Position numbers and translations under genes: made by a program. A model generated the notes under the pieces. That model made no database searches and was not told where the DNA came from. It was given only the letters and a program-made list of their open reading frames with translations. Below are positions 10,068-22,022 of a stretch of 64,000 nucleotides of DNA, piece after piece. This stretch comes from a virus, in IMG/VR virus record IMGVR_UViG_3300028025_003904, positions 56,105 through 120,104 of that record. One strand, 5' to 3'. How positions within the stretch are numbered: position 1 is the first letter of the stretch; each line of letters starts with the position of its first letter.

Positions 10068-10872
10068 ACGGGATGTCTAGCGCCTCCTCTTCGCCTGTGA
10101 TTTCAGAAACAAAATCGTATTTAAGGTTCAAATCCGGTGAGATTGTTTTTACATATTCCCTAAATGCTCTAGTATCTTTTGCTAACATATTTTTAGCAAA
10201 TCTACCAATATTTCCTCTATCAGTATCACCATCAACAGATACAATCATATATTTTAAACGAGTAGATACATCGGATGAATTATCTTTGTTTTTAGATAAT
10301 CTTTCCATTGCTTGTGTTTCTGCGTTTATATCTTTTTCATCTTTGTGAGTTAATAACTTAAATGTTATTTTCTTTTTACTTAATGGTAATTCTAATTCAT
10401 AACGATTTTCTGGATTAAGAATTGATAAATCAATATCTTTTGTTTGTATTTCCGATAAATCAATTACTACTTTTTGTTTTTCACCACTAAATGGGTCTGT
10501 AACCTCTACATCATAATCAGGTCCATATCCTAATACACGAGTTGCTAAAAATACAGCGTTCTTATCACCGATAACCAAATCATCTGGATTTACACCCAAC
10601 TGAACTACTACCGATTCAAATAGTTTATCTAACACCACACCTTTACGGATTAGATTTTGAGAAGAAAGTATATCTTCTTCCTTTGCTGTCATATATTTAA
10701 TTTCCAAAGTTCCTTTACTTAAAGGATTTCCTACTGCATAACACTTACCTTCCGATGGTAATGAAATGATTTGAGTTGGAAAATCAAATGTTTTTACTGG
10801 TGTTGGTTGTTCTGTTTTAGGTTGCGTTTTTATTGGTTGCGAACCTCTTGAAATGTTTAATTCTTCTTCCAT
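10036..10872 (-). CDS. Tail assembly chaperone / T4 gp26-like hub assembly protein
   Basis: LPSEG.CY, IKYMTAKEEDIL, GDKNA...ATR..GYG and C-terminal FFYP. Lies between tube and tape measure. Confidence 0.65.
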   Translation of the reverse strand: MEEELNISRGSQPIKTQPKTEQPTPVKTFDFPTQIISLPSEGKCYAVGNPLSKGTLEIKYMTAKEEDILSSQNLIRKGVVLDKLFESVVVQLGVNPDDLVIGDKNAVFLATRVLGYGPDYDVEVTDPFSGEKQKVVIDLSEIQTKDIDLSILNPENRYELELPLSKKKITFKLLTHKDEKDINAETQAMERLSKNKDNSSDVSTRLKYMIVSVDGDTDRGNIGRFAKNMLAKDTRAFREYVKTISPDLNLKYDFVSEITGEEEALDIPFGINFFYPSN

Positions 10873-10874
10873 AA

Positions 10875-11102
10875 CTATAATAAATTGTTGTTGTTTATTC
10901 CTATTCTTCTAATACAATCCGGTCTTGCACATAGTTCGTTTGGTAAATTGCCACAAGAACATTTATTCTCATCTATGTGAGATGAAAACTTTTGTACACT
11001 ATCCAAAAGTAATCCTTTAGTTTGAGCAGGTTGTTGCTCTTTGAGTAAATCTCTAATTTCAGTTAATAGAGATTTTATTATTGCAAATTGTCCTAATTCC
11101 AT
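10875..11102 (-). CDS. Hypothetical protein with C-terminal Cys cluster
   Basis: Probable start MELGQ at 11102, with a late motif at 11120-11127. CSC...C....C near the end. Confidence 0.6.
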   Translation of the reverse strand: MELGQFAIIKSLLTEIRDLLKEQQPAQTKGLLLDSVQKFSSHIDENKCSCGNLPNELCARPDCIRRIGINNNNLL

Positions 11103-11135
11103 AACATTATTTTTGTATATATAAATATACCAAAA

Positions 11136-11167
11136 CAAAAAAAGTGTGTAAAAAATTACACACTTTT
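11136..11167 (-). terminator. Rho-independent terminator after tail tube gene
   Basis: AAAAGTGTGTAA/TTACACACTTTT inverted repeat plus T-run. Confidence 0.7.
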
Positions 11168-11191
11168 CTTAAATTTTTAATTTTGTTAATA

Positions 11192-11680
11192 TTAGTATTC
11201 TAATACACAATAATCTACTGATAAAGTGATTGTGATGTTTACGGGGTCATTCGAACTCCAATCCATTTCACCAAATTCAGCTGATGCAATAAATGCTCCA
11301 ACTAATTTCCAGTTTTCAATTTTATCACCAACAGGTCCTAATGCGTAGATGTCAATATTTTTCTTATAGAAATCTGAATAACCATCACGACCAGTAATAG
11401 ATTCGTGCGAAGTTCTAATCCATTCCATTACCGCCTGTGCTCCAGATGGAACAATTGGGTCATATAATGTGATAGTTAAATCATCCCAGTTAGATTTTCC
11501 TTTTATCTTACGTTTTACGTTGATATGGTCCAATGTGATAGTTTCACTTGTATATTTTGGTCTATTAGCTGCTTTTATCATAAATGATGGGATACCATCC
11601 ACTTCCATTACGAAACGTTGAGCTAATTTAGGTTCAAAATTAGTATAGAACATTTTATCAAACCCTAATACTTCTGCCAT
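11192..11680 (-). CDS. Tail tube protein (T4 gp19-like)
   Basis: FEPK..RF, W.D.TITLYDPI.PSGAQAVMEW and YKK.I...LGPVGD motifs. Directly after the sheath gene. Confidence 0.9.
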   Translation of the reverse strand: MAEVLGFDKMFYTNFEPKLAQRFVMEVDGIPSFMIKAANRPKYTSETITLDHINVKRKIKGKSNWDDLTITLYDPIVPSGAQAVMEWIRTSHESITGRDGYSDFYKKNIDIYALGPVGDKIENWKLVGAFIASAEFGEMDWSSNDPVNITITLSVDYCVLEY

Positions 11681-11705
11681 TTTTTATTTCTCCTTATATC
11701 TTTTA

Positions 11706-11714
11706 TATAAATAT
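11706..11714 (-). promoter_or_regulatory. Putative late promoter ATATTTATA (tail tube)
   Basis: Recurrent intergenic 9-mer, with TAAGGAG SD at 11690-11696. Confidence 0.65.
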
Positions 11715-11730
11715 ATCTTTTTTAAATTTA

Positions 11731-14010
11731 TTATGCTCCAAACGTTGCACCAGTTGGTAAAATGTTGAAGTCAATTTGGATAAATTCAGCAGTTTTAGTA
11801 GGTTGTAAGAAAATTGCTCCTTGTAAGATGTTTCTATCAATCACATCTGGTGTGTTGTTTGAATCATCCATTACAACTCTAAATGCGTATAAACCTTGTC
11901 TTTGTTGGATACCCTCTAAATATGGATTTACAGTATTTAAGAATTTGTTTCTAGTTTCTGCCGTATTTTGTTCAAATACCAAATATCTCGAAGTAGATGC
12001 GATATACTTTTTAACTGTAATCAACAATCTTCTTACGTTAATTCTATCTAATGCAGATGGTCTAGATTGTAAAGTCTTTTGTCCAAATGCTACGATACCT
12101 TGTCCTGGGAATTGTGCGATTGGATTGACTTTTCCTTCGTATAATGTATCTCTATCAGAGTGAGTTAAACGATTTACTACACCAATTGCTCCAGTAATAC
12201 CACCACGATTTAAACCTGCTGGTGCGAACCATTCAGCTGCCGTATTATCGTTTGCTGCAAATACCGCTGGCATCAATACCGATGGTGGAACTGCTACCAT
12301 TTTGTTAGTATTCAAATCAATTGTCTTAATCCAAGGGTAGTAAGTTGCTGCGTAGTTAGTATCTAAACCTTCTGCTACCTCAACTGCTCCATCAATTGTA
12401 CCATCTTGTGCTACTGAATCCATAATATAGAAACAATCAGTACGAGCTTCACACAAATCAATACCCGCTTGTGCTACTGATGGGTGTAATGTTTGAATAA
12501 CACCCGGCATAACTACCAAATTAATATCATATTCATCCTGATTAGAAATTGCATCCAATGCTTTTTGGTATGCTATCGAACCATTTTTTGCAGATGTTGA
12601 TAAATCAAATCCTTGTGAGTTTACATTTGTAATAGAAGTTCCTTTAGCTATTGTTTTAGCCGGGCTCATACCATCAAAACCACCTTGTAATGCTACTGCA
12701 AATGTTCTTTTAGATACATCACCCGCATTCGAACCAGTTAATGGTAGTCCAGCATCACCATCCAATGAGAATGTAAGTGTAGTTGTTGCGTTAGCAGGAA
12801 TTGGTTTTAAGAATTGTGCATTATCTGTTGCAAATGTTCCTTCAAAATCAAATCCACTTACATAAGATGAAGTAGTTGCTGATTTTGTTTGGTATCCAAC
12901 TTTTGGTAAGTAATTTAATACTGCACCAGTTGCGTATATTGGATATTGATAACCAGCATTACCATATGGTGCAGCGGTTACAGGAATTACATCTGGATTT
13001 ATTGGTGTAATGTAAATATAACGAGATTTGTTAGAATAATCACCATATTCAGTAATTTTTCCACTTGCATCTGTTTGTATATATCTATCACCAATTGCTC
13101 TTGCAATATAGTTAGGTGATGTTGGGTCTAAATTTAAATTAGAATAAGTTTCTAATACATTTTTTCTCTTATCGGTATCAGCGTATTTTCTAACTTGCAA
13201 TGTAAATGTTGCGTAATCTGAACCAGCAACTGAACCAGCTGCCTTAACATCTGAAATTATAATTTTAAATCTTGTGTTTTCAGCATTACCATCGGAAATT
13301 GTATTTACTTTAAATAAATCATAACGGCTACCACCTATTAGTTGTGATTGAATATATGGAGTTGAAGCTCCAACTGCATCACTATTAAAATTTTGTAATG
13401 GTAAAACTACAAGTGATGCTGAATTAATAGCCGATGCACTAATAGCTGCTGCATCTGTAAATGATACATATGAGTAAGCGTTTTTGTTACCCATTGCATT
13501 TGTTCCAAATACTTTAGTTACTGCCAATGGGTCAGCTGGGTTTAATGATGCATAATATGTATCACCAATTTGACTACCAGATATTTCAATATTGTGTGAA
13601 CCAATTGATTCATAATGAGTTCCAGCAAATGAAGCAGATGTATTAGATTGTTCTGTATTGTTTAATACATATAACAATGATGATGATACTGCTACTCCAC
13701 CAGTAATACTACCAATTAATCCAATTGGTCCTAATTCTTTATATCCACCCAATCCAGCAACTCTTACGATTGTTGCTACACCAGTTTCTCTTAAATAATT
13801 TTGTACTGCATTTTCAGTATAATAAGTGCTATCAACAACACCAAAAATATCTTCAAATTCAGATTGAGTATTTACAATTGTAGGTTTGAATGCTGGTCCC
13901 TGCTTTAAAGGTCCGATGAAAACTCCACCGATTGCACCAACACCCTGTGCTATAAAAGATAAATCATTCTCTCTAGTGAAAACACCAGGTGATACGATTT
14001 TTTCAGCCAT
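11731..14010 (-). CDS. Tail sheath protein (T4 gp18-like)
   Basis: SPGVFTRE, YYPW, WFAPAG.NRG, GQKTLQ..PSALDRINVRRL and QPTKTAEFI motifs. Confidence 0.95.
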   Translation of the reverse strand: MAEKIVSPGVFTRENDLSFIAQGVGAIGGVFIGPLKQGPAFKPTIVNTQSEFEDIFGVVDSTYYTENAVQNYLRETGVATIVRVAGLGGYKELGPIGLIGSITGGVAVSSSLLYVLNNTEQSNTSASFAGTHYESIGSHNIEISGSQIGDTYYASLNPADPLAVTKVFGTNAMGNKNAYSYVSFTDAAAISASAINSASLVVLPLQNFNSDAVGASTPYIQSQLIGGSRYDLFKVNTISDGNAENTRFKIIISDVKAAGSVAGSDYATFTLQVRKYADTDKRKNVLETYSNLNLDPTSPNYIARAIGDRYIQTDASGKITEYGDYSNKSRYIYITPINPDVIPVTAAPYGNAGYQYPIYATGAVLNYLPKVGYQTKSATTSSYVSGFDFEGTFATDNAQFLKPIPANATTTLTFSLDGDAGLPLTGSNAGDVSKRTFAVALQGGFDGMSPAKTIAKGTSITNVNSQGFDLSTSAKNGSIAYQKALDAISNQDEYDINLVVMPGVIQTLHPSVAQAGIDLCEARTDCFYIMDSVAQDGTIDGAVEVAEGLDTNYAATYYPWIKTIDLNTNKMVAVPPSVLMPAVFAANDNTAAEWFAPAGLNRGGITGAIGVVNRLTHSDRDTLYEGKVNPIAQFPGQGIVAFGQKTLQSRPSALDRINVRRLLITVKKYIASTSRYLVFEQNTAETRNKFLNTVNPYLEGIQQRQGLYAFRVVMDDSNNTPDVIDRNILQGAIFLQPTKTAEFIQIDFNILPTGATFGA

Positions 14011-14048
14011 TTTTAATTTCTCCTTTTAATAATAATTTTTTATCTTAA

Positions 14049-14057
14049 TATAAATAT
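14049..14057 (-). promoter_or_regulatory. Putative late promoter ATATTTATA (tail sheath)
   Basis: Recurrent intergenic 9-mer, with AAGGAG SD at 14020-14025. Confidence 0.65.
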
Positions 14058-14086
14058 ATAAGATTGTGATGAAAAGATATATTTGT

Positions 14087-14329
14087 TTATTGTTTTGGTG
14101 TAAATTCCCCAGTATCAATATCTAAATTTCCTTCACCATATTCGGTTTGGATTTTAGATAATAATTCTTTCTCTTCTAAACCAAATTGTTGATATTGTTC
14201 TTGTAAGAATTTTTCATCTCTTTCAATTGTAGCTTTTTGAATTGCCAATTGACCTAATGAAATAACAATATCATTAAAGCTATCACGTAATTCGATAATT
14301 TTATTCTTGTATTCTTCTTTAATTTGCAT
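14087..14329 (-). CDS. Small coiled-coil hypothetical protein
   Basis: Probable start MQIKEE at 14329, with a late motif at 14353-14360. Ends YGEGNLDIDTGEFTP. Confidence 0.7.
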   Translation of the reverse strand: MQIKEEYKNKIIELRDSFNDIVISLGQLAIQKATIERDEKFLQEQYQQFGLEEKELLSKIQTEYGEGNLDIDTGEFTPKQ

Positions 14330-14387
14330 AACTTTGTTGTTTATTTTATATATATAAATATATAGTTTTGTACCCAAACATCAAAAT

Positions 14388-15338
14388 TTAACCGATTTTT
14401 TCTTTAATTTCTTCTATTTGCTTTTGTTGTTCTTTAATTGCTTCAATTAATAATGCTACAATTTTTTCGTATTGAACTGCAAGGTATCCTGAATTTCTTT
14501 CTACTACAATTTCAGGTAAGATTTCTTGTATTTCTTGTGCTATTATACCAACATCTTTACCTTTTTGGTTATGTATTTCACCAAATCCTTCTTTCCAATC
14601 AAATGTATTACCACTAATTTTGTTTATTTTAGATAATGCATCTACGATTGGTTCAATTTTTTCTTTTAATCTCCTATCGGATGAAAAATATGCAGTAATA
14701 TCACCAGTTGCAGTTATTGCTCCTTGTACTGCTATACCACCAGTAAACGTTCCTCCACCAAATGGATTACCCGTAGGTCCCGTAGGACCGGTTGGACCAG
14801 TTGGTCCAGTTGCACCTGCTGCTCCTTGTGGACCGGTTGGTCCAGTTGCACCTGCTGCTCCTTGTGGACCAGTTGGACCCGTAGGTCCTTGATTACCTTG
14901 AGTTCCGTTTGAACCGCTTGGTCCTTGATTACCTTGTGGACCAGTTGGGCCAGTAGGTCCTTGATTACCTTGCGTACCATTTGAACCATTTGGTCCTTGA
15001 TTACCTTGCGGACCGGTTGAACCATTATTTCCGTTTGGTCCTTGATTTCCCTGTGGTCCTTGTACTCCAGATGTACCAGAAGTAGCCGCAGTATATGATG
15101 TTCCATTTATACTTAATGGTCCTAATAATGATAATGAACCAGTCAATCCCAACGAACCGGTCATAGTATGTGTATCATCTAACGAATTACCAAAGTTAAA
15201 TGAACCTGATACGGATGATTGTGTAACATAATATACAGATGTTGATATGATATATTGTTCGGCAGTAATATTTCCTTTTACAGATAAACTACCCGTTACA
15301 TTTAATGAGCCAGTAATCGAACTACTATGTATTTGCAT
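14388..15338 (-). CDS. Collagen-like fibre protein with C-terminal peptidase S74 intramolecular chaperone
   Basis: Gly-X-Y repeats, then [10 protein letters not shown]...DVGIIAQE...[14 protein letters not shown]. Confidence 0.85.
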   Translation of the reverse strand: MQIHSSSITGSLNVTGSLSVKGNITAEQYIISTSVYYVTQSSVSGSFNFGNSLDDTHTMTGSLGLTGSLSLLGPLSINGTSYTAATSGTSGVQGPQGNQGPNGNNGSTGPQGNQGPNGSNGTQGNQGPTGPTGPQGNQGPSGSNGTQGNQGPTGPTGPQGAAGATGPTGPQGAAGATGPTGPTGPTGPTGNPFGGGTFTGGIAVQGAITATGDITAYFSSDRRLKEKIEPIVDALSKINKISGNTFDWKEGFGEIHNQKGKDVGIIAQEIQEILPEIVVERNSGYLAVQYEKIVALLIEAIKEQQKQIEEIKEKIG

Positions 15339-15340
15339 TA

Positions 15341-18300
15341 TTAACTATTTTTTAATTTTTCTATTTCGTTTCTTAACTCTACAATTTGAGATTGTTGTTC
15401 TTTTATTGCTTCTATAAGCACCGCAGTTAAACCTCTTTCTCTTACCGTTAAATATCCATTATCACCCATTCTTACTAATTGCGGGAATACCTTTTCTACT
15501 TCTTGTGCTATAACCCCTATATCTTTTGTAACACCCATAAAGGTTGCGTGGATTGCTTTACCATTCCATTCGTATTCGTATCCATTTAATCCCATTACCT
15601 TATCCAATGCTCCAGCGATTGGAGTTAGATTATCTTTTAATTGAATATCAGATGGAGTACCAAACGATGCAACATCACCACTTGCTACAATTGAGCCTGA
15701 AACTTGTAATCTATCAGTTGTATTATCAGATGCAACAGGTCCAATTAAAACATTAGTACCATTATCAGTAATTTGAGTTGCAGTTCCTAATGTAGATGAG
15801 GTTGCAAATTTAACTACTTTATTTGTAGTTCCACTTACAGTTACCGTACCACCAGTTGCCGATGTACCCGATGTTCCACTTGCTCCAGTTGCTCCTTGAT
15901 TTCCTTGTGGACCGGTTGGTCCAGTTGAGCCAGCTGCTCCTTGTGGTCCAGTTGCTCCTTGTGCTCCACTTACACCCGATGTACCAGTTGCTCCTTGATT
16001 TCCTTGTGCTCCGTTTATTCCACTTGTACCATCAATTCCACTTGTACCATTTAATCCACTTGTACCACTAACACCTGATGTACCAGATGTTCCGTTTGCT
16101 CCCGATGTTCCATTTTCTCCATTTGAGCCAGTATTACCTTGAGGTCCTTCTGCACCTTGAGGTCCTATTAGACCAGTTGCACCTTGATTGCCTTGCGGAC
16201 CAGTTGGTCCTTGATTACCCTGTGCTCCACTTGTACCATTCGTTCCAAAGAAAGTACCATTTACACCCGATGAACCAGATGAACCAGATACCCCCGTTCC
16301 TACACCAAATGTAAACATAGCATAACCAGCGAATGGAACACTAAATGTTATTGTTGTTTGGTTTATAGAATCGGATTTAATTGATTGTGGTATCATTACA
16401 TACCCATTAACATCATATATGGTTACTGATGGGTATTCGTTTCCTAACGCATGGGTTATTACCCAAGTTGTATCTTCTACTAATTGTGTATGTGTGTATG
16501 CCGAACCATTTGTTGTTCCCGATGTACCAGTTGTACCGGATGTTCCACTTGCTCCTTGATTTCCTTGTGGTCCAATTGGTCCTAAATCGGAAATGTTAAT
16601 CGTTCCTTGCATTGAAGAATGAAACTGACAAACATAGTATAGTGTACTAGGAGCATTGTATGGTATTGCAAATGTAATCGTACCACTTTGAGTTCCGTTA
16701 TTTGTTACACCACTATTATATACATTACCAGAACTATATGCTCCAGCAGTAGTTTGTATCCAAAACGGATGACCTGTTGCACTTACTGTAAATGTATATG
16801 TAAATCCACGTATTAAATTTAAAGTTGGATTAGATGCACCATCTATTGTATATGCAGATGCTCCACTATTAACAACGCTAAAGTTTCTTGCTCCACTTAT
16901 TCCAGATGTACCAATTGTACCTTGCGGTCCTTGTGCCCCATCTACCCCACTTGTTCCATTTGCTCCGTTTACACCAGATGTACCATTTGTACCATTTGCT
17001 CCAGATGTTCCACTTACACCCGATGTTCCGTTTGTACCATCTAAACCAGAAGAACCCGATGTTCCGTTATTTCCACTACTTCCCGATGAGCCACTTAATC
17101 CACTAGTACCATTTTCTCCGGATGTTCCAGATGAACCACTCAATCCATGTGTACCACTTGAACCACTAGTACCGTTTACACCACTTGTACCATTTGCACC
17201 AGTTTCTCCTTGAACTCCTTGAGGTCCAGTTTCACCCTGATTTCCTTGTGGGCCGATTGGTCCTTGTCTACCTTGTGAACCATCATCACCTTGCGGACCA
17301 GTTGGTCCTTGATTTCCTTGCTGTCCATTTGGTCCTTGATTACCTTGTGGTCCGATATTTCCTTGTACTCCGGTTTCTCCTTGTGTTCCTTGTGGTCCTT
17401 CAATTCCTTGATTACCCTGCGGTCCAGTATTTCCTTGATTACCTTGATTACCTTGCGTTCCTTGTGGACCTGTGTTACCAGTTGGACCTTGCAAACCAGT
17501 TATTCCTTGCGGACCACTATCTCCTTGTCTTCCTTGCGGACCAGTATTACCCAATGCACCTTGTGCACCAATATCTCCTTGAACTCCTTGCGGTCCAGTT
17601 GGTCCTTGATTACCCTGCGTTCCATCGATTCCTTGATTACCTTGTGAACCAGTTGCTCCTTGATTACCTTGTGGACCAGTTTCTCCTTGATTTCCCTGTG
17701 CTCCAGTTGGTCCTTGATTACCCTGTGTTCCATCAATACCTTGATTTCCTTGTGGACCAGTTGGGCCCTGATTTCCTTGTGTACCATTGATACCTGATGT
17801 TCCATCTACACCAGTTGTTCCCGATGTACCAGCACTACCAGCCGTACCTGATGTAGACCCAAAGTAAGAGTCTATTTGTTTAGCAGTTACAATTACTGAT
17901 GGTGTATCAGGACGAGTTGGATTGGTTAAACCACTTTGTGCAGCTAATCTCGCAGTACTATCCGGAGATGTAAAGGCAAATTGTACATAATCGTTTGCAT
18001 TTAAATCAAAAAAGAATGAAACAAATGGTATCATCTCTGCATCTGGTGCAGTAAGTTGTACTATACTTGTACTACCACTAACTGCTTGTCCATTTACCAA
18101 TGCCCAAAAAGAAAACTCATCTGTATTTGAACTTGTCTTTGTTATTTGTGGTGATATACCAAATTCATATGTTGCACTTGTAGATACTTTTAAATGAGAA
18201 CCACTCTCTATAACGATACCATTGGATTGTCCAGTAGTATTAAACGTCATAATTGTTGCTATGTTTGAACCAGAAACAATTTGAGTTTGTGTTGAACTGA

Positions 18301-19660
18301 ACTCACCAAATAAGTTAGTTAATACAGGTGCGTTTGTACCAGATGTACCAGCCGTACCCGAAGAACCATTTGCTCCTTGATTACCTTGTGGTCCTTGATT
18401 ACCCTGTGCTCCCGATGTACCATTTGTACCATTTGTACCACTCGTTCCACTTGTACCAGTAGTTCCCGATGTACCATCGTTTCCACTTGTACCACTTGCT
18501 CCTTGATTCCCTTGCGGTCCTTCAATTCCCTGCGTTCCTTGATTTCCTTGTGCTCCAGTTATACCTTGTACACCTTGATTTCCTTGCGTTCCTTCAATTC
18601 CCTGCGTTCCTTGTGTTCCTTGTGTACCTTGTGTTCCTTGTGGGCCAGTTTCACCTTGATTACCTTGCGGACCAGTTGTTCCCTGATTTCCTTGTGGTCC
18701 TTCAATTCCTTGATTTCCTTGTGGACCAGTTTCTCCTTGATTTCCTTGTGTTCCTTGCTGACCCGTTTCTCCTTGATTACCTTGTGTACCTTGAGTTCCT
18801 TGTGGTCCTACATTTCCTTGATTTCCTTGCGGTCCTACATTTCCTTGATTACCTTGATTGCCTTGATTTCCTTGTGGTCCTTCAATTCCTTGTACACCCT
18901 GTGCTCCGATTTCTCCCTGATTTCCTTGTGGACCTGTTGCTCCTTGATTTCCTTGTGCTCCTTGAACACCAGTTGGTCCTTGTCTACCTTGTGCTCCATC
19001 CGTACCAGATGTACCATCTAACCCACTTGTACCATCATCCCCACTTGTACCACTTAAACCGCTTGTTCCACTTAAACCCGATGTACCATTTGCTCCCGAT
19101 GTTCCTGATGTTCCAACAGTTCCCGATGTACCAGATGAACCAGCATTACCAACTGCTCCTTGAGCACCTTGTGGACCAGTTGCGCCCATTGTAACCGTCT
19201 TATATCCAACACGATTTTCCGATGATGCATCTATAACTAAAAAAGTATCAGATGTTACTGCTGCTAAATCTTCTAAATACAAATAGTTGTTTAACCAAAC
19301 AGAACCAGTAAATTCATGCTTATCATCCGATGTATTACCAAATCTAGTTGAACCTGATGTTTGCAAAACCGATGATGAAACAAGTGTTACATAATATTCA
19401 TTTGCAGTTAATCTACCACCAATAGTAACATTGTTTGAAAATGATGCATTTGATGCCGTTACGTTTCCAGTAAGAGTTAAAGAACCTGTGTTAGTACCTA
19501 ATACAACAAATACCGCTTCACCACCGGCACCATCTGTACCGATTTCTAATGTATTTTTTGTAGTATTTAAGTAGGGTTCGCCTTGTGCTAAATAGCCAGG
19601 TGATGTGTTTGTTTTATCACTTTGACTACCGCGTCTTATCTGAAAAGTTGTAATTGCCAT
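15341..19660 (-). CDS. Long collagen-like fibre protein (Mtd-N-like start, collagen and TSG repeats, C1q/BclA-like and cupredoxin-like domains, S74 chaperone)
   Basis: QIRRG...[10 protein letters not shown] start, long GXY runs, TSGTSG runs, GHPF...[10 protein letters not shown], and SDIQLKDNL...GVIAQEVE. Confidence 0.85.
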   Translation of the reverse strand: MAITTFQIRRGSQSDKTNTSPGYLAQGEPYLNTTKNTLEIGTDGAGGEAVFVVLGTNTGSLTLTGNVTASNASFSNNVTIGGRLTANEYYVTLVSSSVLQTSGSTRFGNTSDDKHEFTGSVWLNNYLYLEDLAAVTSDTFLVIDASSENRVGYKTVTMGATGPQGAQGAVGNAGSSGTSGTVGTSGTSGANGTSGLSGTSGLSGTSGDDGTSGLDGTSGTDGAQGRQGPTGVQGAQGNQGATGPQGNQGEIGAQGVQGIEGPQGNQGNQGNQGNVGPQGNQGNVGPQGTQGTQGNQGETGQQGTQGNQGETGPQGNQGIEGPQGNQGTTGPQGNQGETGPQGTQGTQGTQGTQGIEGTQGNQGVQGITGAQGNQGTQGIEGPQGNQGASGTSGNDGTSGTTGTSGTSGTNGTNGTSGAQGNQGPQGNQGANGSSGTAGTSGTNAPVLTNLFGEFSSTQTQIVSGSNIATIMTFNTTGQSNGIVIESGSHLKVSTSATYEFGISPQITKTSSNTDEFSFWALVNGQAVSGSTSIVQLTAPDAEMIPFVSFFFDLNANDYVQFAFTSPDSTARLAAQSGLTNPTRPDTPSVIVTAKQIDSYFGSTSGTAGSAGTSGTTGVDGTSGINGTQGNQGPTGPQGNQGIDGTQGNQGPTGAQGNQGETGPQGNQGATGSQGNQGIDGTQGNQGPTGPQGVQGDIGAQGALGNTGPQGRQGDSGPQGITGLQGPTGNTGPQGTQGNQGNQGNTGPQGNQGIEGPQGTQGETGVQGNIGPQGNQGPNGQQGNQGPTGPQGDDGSQGRQGPIGPQGNQGETGPQGVQGETGANGTSGVNGTSGSSGTHGLSGSSGTSGENGTSGLSGSSGSSGNNGTSGSSGLDGTNGTSGVSGTSGANGTNGTSGVNGANGTSGVDGAQGPQGTIGTSGISGARNFSVVNSGASAYTIDGASNPTLNLIRGFTYTFTVSATGHPFWIQTTAGAYSSGNVYNSGVTNNGTQSGTITFAIPYNAPSTLYYVCQFHSSMQGTINISDLGPIGPQGNQGASGTSGTTGTSGTTNGSAYTHTQLVEDTTWVITHALGNEYPSVTIYDVNGYVMIPQSIKSDSINQTTITFSVPFAGYAMFTFGVGTGVSGSSGSSGVNGTFFGTNGTSGAQGNQGPTGPQGNQGATGLIGPQGAEGPQGNTGSNGENGTSGANGTSGTSGVSGTSGLNGTSGIDGTSGINGAQGNQGATGTSGVSGAQGATGPQGAAGSTGPTGPQGNQGATGASGTSGTSATGGTVTVSGTTNKVVKFATSSTLGTATQITDNGTNVLIGPVASDNTTDRLQVSGSIVASGDVASFGTPSDIQLKDNLTPIAGALDKVMGLNGYEYEWNGKAIHATFMGVTKDIGVIAQEVEKVFPQLVRMGDNGYLTVRERGLTAVLIEAIKEQQSQIVELRNEIEKLKNS

Positions 19661-19681
19661 TATATCTGTATTTCTTTCTTA

Positions 19682-19709
19682 TATAAATATCTATACATCC
19701 TATAAATAT
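19682..19709 (-). promoter_or_regulatory. Tandem putative late promoters ATATTTATA x2 (long collagen fibre)
   Basis: Copies at 19682 and 19701. Confidence 0.65.
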
Positions 19710-19714
19710 ATCAT

Positions 19715-22006
19715 TTATAGATTTTTAATTCTTATCACCGATGTATAATTACCCCAAACATCTGCTGTAAATTGGTAATTAGATTTAGCTGGTAAGCGGA
19801 ATGTGAATGTATCTTTTGTATATCCATTGTTAAATCCATTATATATCAGTACTAATGCTTCCGTACCATCTGCTGATAATTTATATCTTGCAATTGGTCT
19901 AGAACTATTGTAAAGTGATATTGGGTAATTAGCGGTTCCAGTTGTCCAAGAACTACCACCTAATGATAAATCTGGAACTAACCACTCTGTTGCCGCAGAT
20001 ATTATATCTTCGTTTTGTTTAGCGTGTAAGTACCCAATGTATGCCCAATCCAATGAACTCTTACCTAACCACGTTGTATCACCCCATTTTGCATCAAATG
20101 CATCATCACCTAATGAATTATTTTCTCTATCTAAACGAGCAGTTCCAATTTCTTCTCCAACAACCGATTGATACCACATAAACAAACCATCTGCATAACA
20201 CATACACCATACTGCCATAGCATACATTAATGATGGACAAACCTCAAGTCTGTTACGGTCTGTGAATCGTAGTGATTTATTTATATTTACTTCTTTTCTT
20301 GCCATTCCAAAATCAGAACCTTCTATTGGTTCTTGTTTATACCAAAAATAACCACAAGCCAATCTATCGTGACTAGGTCCCAATAATTCTTCTAATATTT
20401 TTTTGGTAATATCGGTATTATGTACAATTGAATAAACCTGAAATTCTTGTTTCATTCTCAATTGGTAATTTGTCACATAGTGATATTTGTAATTTTCAAT
20501 TGCACCTTTATACCAAGCATAATATGGGCCCGTTTGAGAATATGGAATTGTCCCATTTATATAATAATCGTGATAATCGGAATACAATTTAGTAGATGTA
20601 ATTGAATTACCAGGTTCCATTGATTCCCAACCATACCCCGCCGAAGCTATATATCTTGATTGGTAAATTCCATTTCCATAATTTGAAAATTGAGGGGTTA
20701 CCCAATCAATATATAAAGGTGTATTATCATTTTTTAAACTTTGTACCTTTGCTAACGCATTATTAAAACATTTATTCCAAGCTACTCCCGCTGCTTCAAT
20801 AAACAGTGCAGGTGATAGGTGTTCAAAATCGTACTCAAAATGTATGCAGTTAAAAGGTACACTTTCCACAAAATATCCTAGCATTCTACCAGTTAAGTTT
20901 TCACCTCCAGTTCCACTACCCCATTCAGTTGTCCATTGATATGGATTGGCTTGTGCATATGTATATGTGTATCCTCCACCATTATATGTCCATGTAGACC
21001 TTTGATTTTCAGGAACATCATGTGCCATTAACAATGCAGTTGTTCTATGTTGCCACATTTCACTTAAATCTACATCAACGAAATTAACACCCCAAGCATA
21101 TGCTACTGCACCTCTAAAGATTAAATCACCATCAAAATGTAATTTTTTATTTTTGGGAATTTGTTGATTATATCCCCATTGTGTATTTATATCCGTTGAT
21201 TCGGATATACCTTTATTTAATCGTGTAGATGTTCTTACCGCATGAGAACCCGTATATAGTATATCCATTAAAGGTACAGCCATATCTACCCATTTTTTAT
21301 CTGCTCCCTTTTCATTTTGTATAGGAGTAATATCCGGCATTCTTCTAAAATAAGATGGTCCATTATGAGTTACATCTGGTATCCAATAATCGGGTCTAAA
21401 AAAATAAGTTTTATTTCCAACTATGTGTTGTCTATTTGCATCTGGCGCTAAATGGATAATAGCAGTTGTAGTATTAATACCATTACCATCCCCAACAAAT
21501 GCATTATTATTGTACTGACCAGTAACTAATCGTAAATCATAACCCTCCATTGCCGATAAATCAATGTTTGTAATGGATGATGAATTTAATGTTCCAACAT
21601 CTATAATCCATTTTTTAGAAGTATTATATGGTCTCGAATCCCAAACTGCATCTGTTAGTAATGAGCCACTCAAAGATAAAGATGTTCCACCTACACTTGA
21701 AGTATTTGCTATTAAATTATCACCATCTTTTAATCTGTCCTCTACCCAACTTGTATCCGTACCTTGCATTAACTCCTGCGGTTCACCCGTCATTTTACCA
21801 TCGTTTCCTAACGTAATATAATAAGTTAGATAGTTAGTAGGTATTACATAGTTACCGGCGGGAGCTAGTGTAGTTTTTGCTTCGTTTGTATAGAATATTG
21901 TATTTAAATCCAAAGATGTATTACTTGCATATAATTTAATAGATGCGTTTTCTTCTCTTGGATTTATTAGTTTTGCTCTTGCGTCACTTAATGATGAGTA
22001 TGCCAT
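19715..22006 (-). CDS. Hypothetical virion-associated protein, paralog 1 of 3
   Basis: Shares LAPAGNYVIPTN and YKLS.DG.EAL...WGNYTSVIRI with the next two genes. Confidence 0.75.
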   Translation of the reverse strand: MAYSSLSDARAKLINPREENASIKLYASNTSLDLNTIFYTNEAKTTLAPAGNYVIPTNYLTYYITLGNDGKMTGEPQELMQGTDTSWVEDRLKDGDNLIANTSSVGGTSLSLSGSLLTDAVWDSRPYNTSKKWIIDVGTLNSSSITNIDLSAMEGYDLRLVTGQYNNNAFVGDGNGINTTTAIIHLAPDANRQHIVGNKTYFFRPDYWIPDVTHNGPSYFRRMPDITPIQNEKGADKKWVDMAVPLMDILYTGSHAVRTSTRLNKGISESTDINTQWGYNQQIPKNKKLHFDGDLIFRGAVAYAWGVNFVDVDLSEMWQHRTTALLMAHDVPENQRSTWTYNGGGYTYTYAQANPYQWTTEWGSGTGGENLTGRMLGYFVESVPFNCIHFEYDFEHLSPALFIEAAGVAWNKCFNNALAKVQSLKNDNTPLYIDWVTPQFSNYGNGIYQSRYIASAGYGWESMEPGNSITSTKLYSDYHDYYINGTIPYSQTGPYYAWYKGAIENYKYHYVTNYQLRMKQEFQVYSIVHNTDITKKILEELLGPSHDRLACGYFWYKQEPIEGSDFGMARKEVNINKSLRFTDRNRLEVCPSLMYAMAVWCMCYADGLFMWYQSVVGEEIGTARLDRENNSLGDDAFDAKWGDTTWLGKSSLDWAYIGYLHAKQNEDIISAATEWLVPDLSLGGSSWTTGTANYPISLYNSSRPIARYKLSADGTEALVLIYNGFNNGYTKDTFTFRLPAKSNYQFTADVWGNYTSVIRIKNL

Positions 22007-22022
22007 AATTTTATTTTAATTA

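Noticed and set aside
11103-11138. Longer upstream starts in the ORF track (11138, 14377, 59507, 60541, 62250)
   Set aside because: These extensions run through promoter motifs or the preceding gene. Downstream ATGs fit gene coupling and shared N-terminal motifs better.
17200-19000. Short recurring DNA repeats (CCTTGATTACCTTG) that could suggest a CRISPR array
   Set aside because: They are 9/18-nt coding periodicity of GNQ/GPQ triplets. There are no unique spacers and no cas genes.
14620-19194. Many plus-strand and alternate-frame ORFs over collagen regions (also 38592-38921, 46592-46915)
   Set aside because: Shadows of Gly-X-Y codon periodicity, which lacks stops in other frames. They have no start context of their own.
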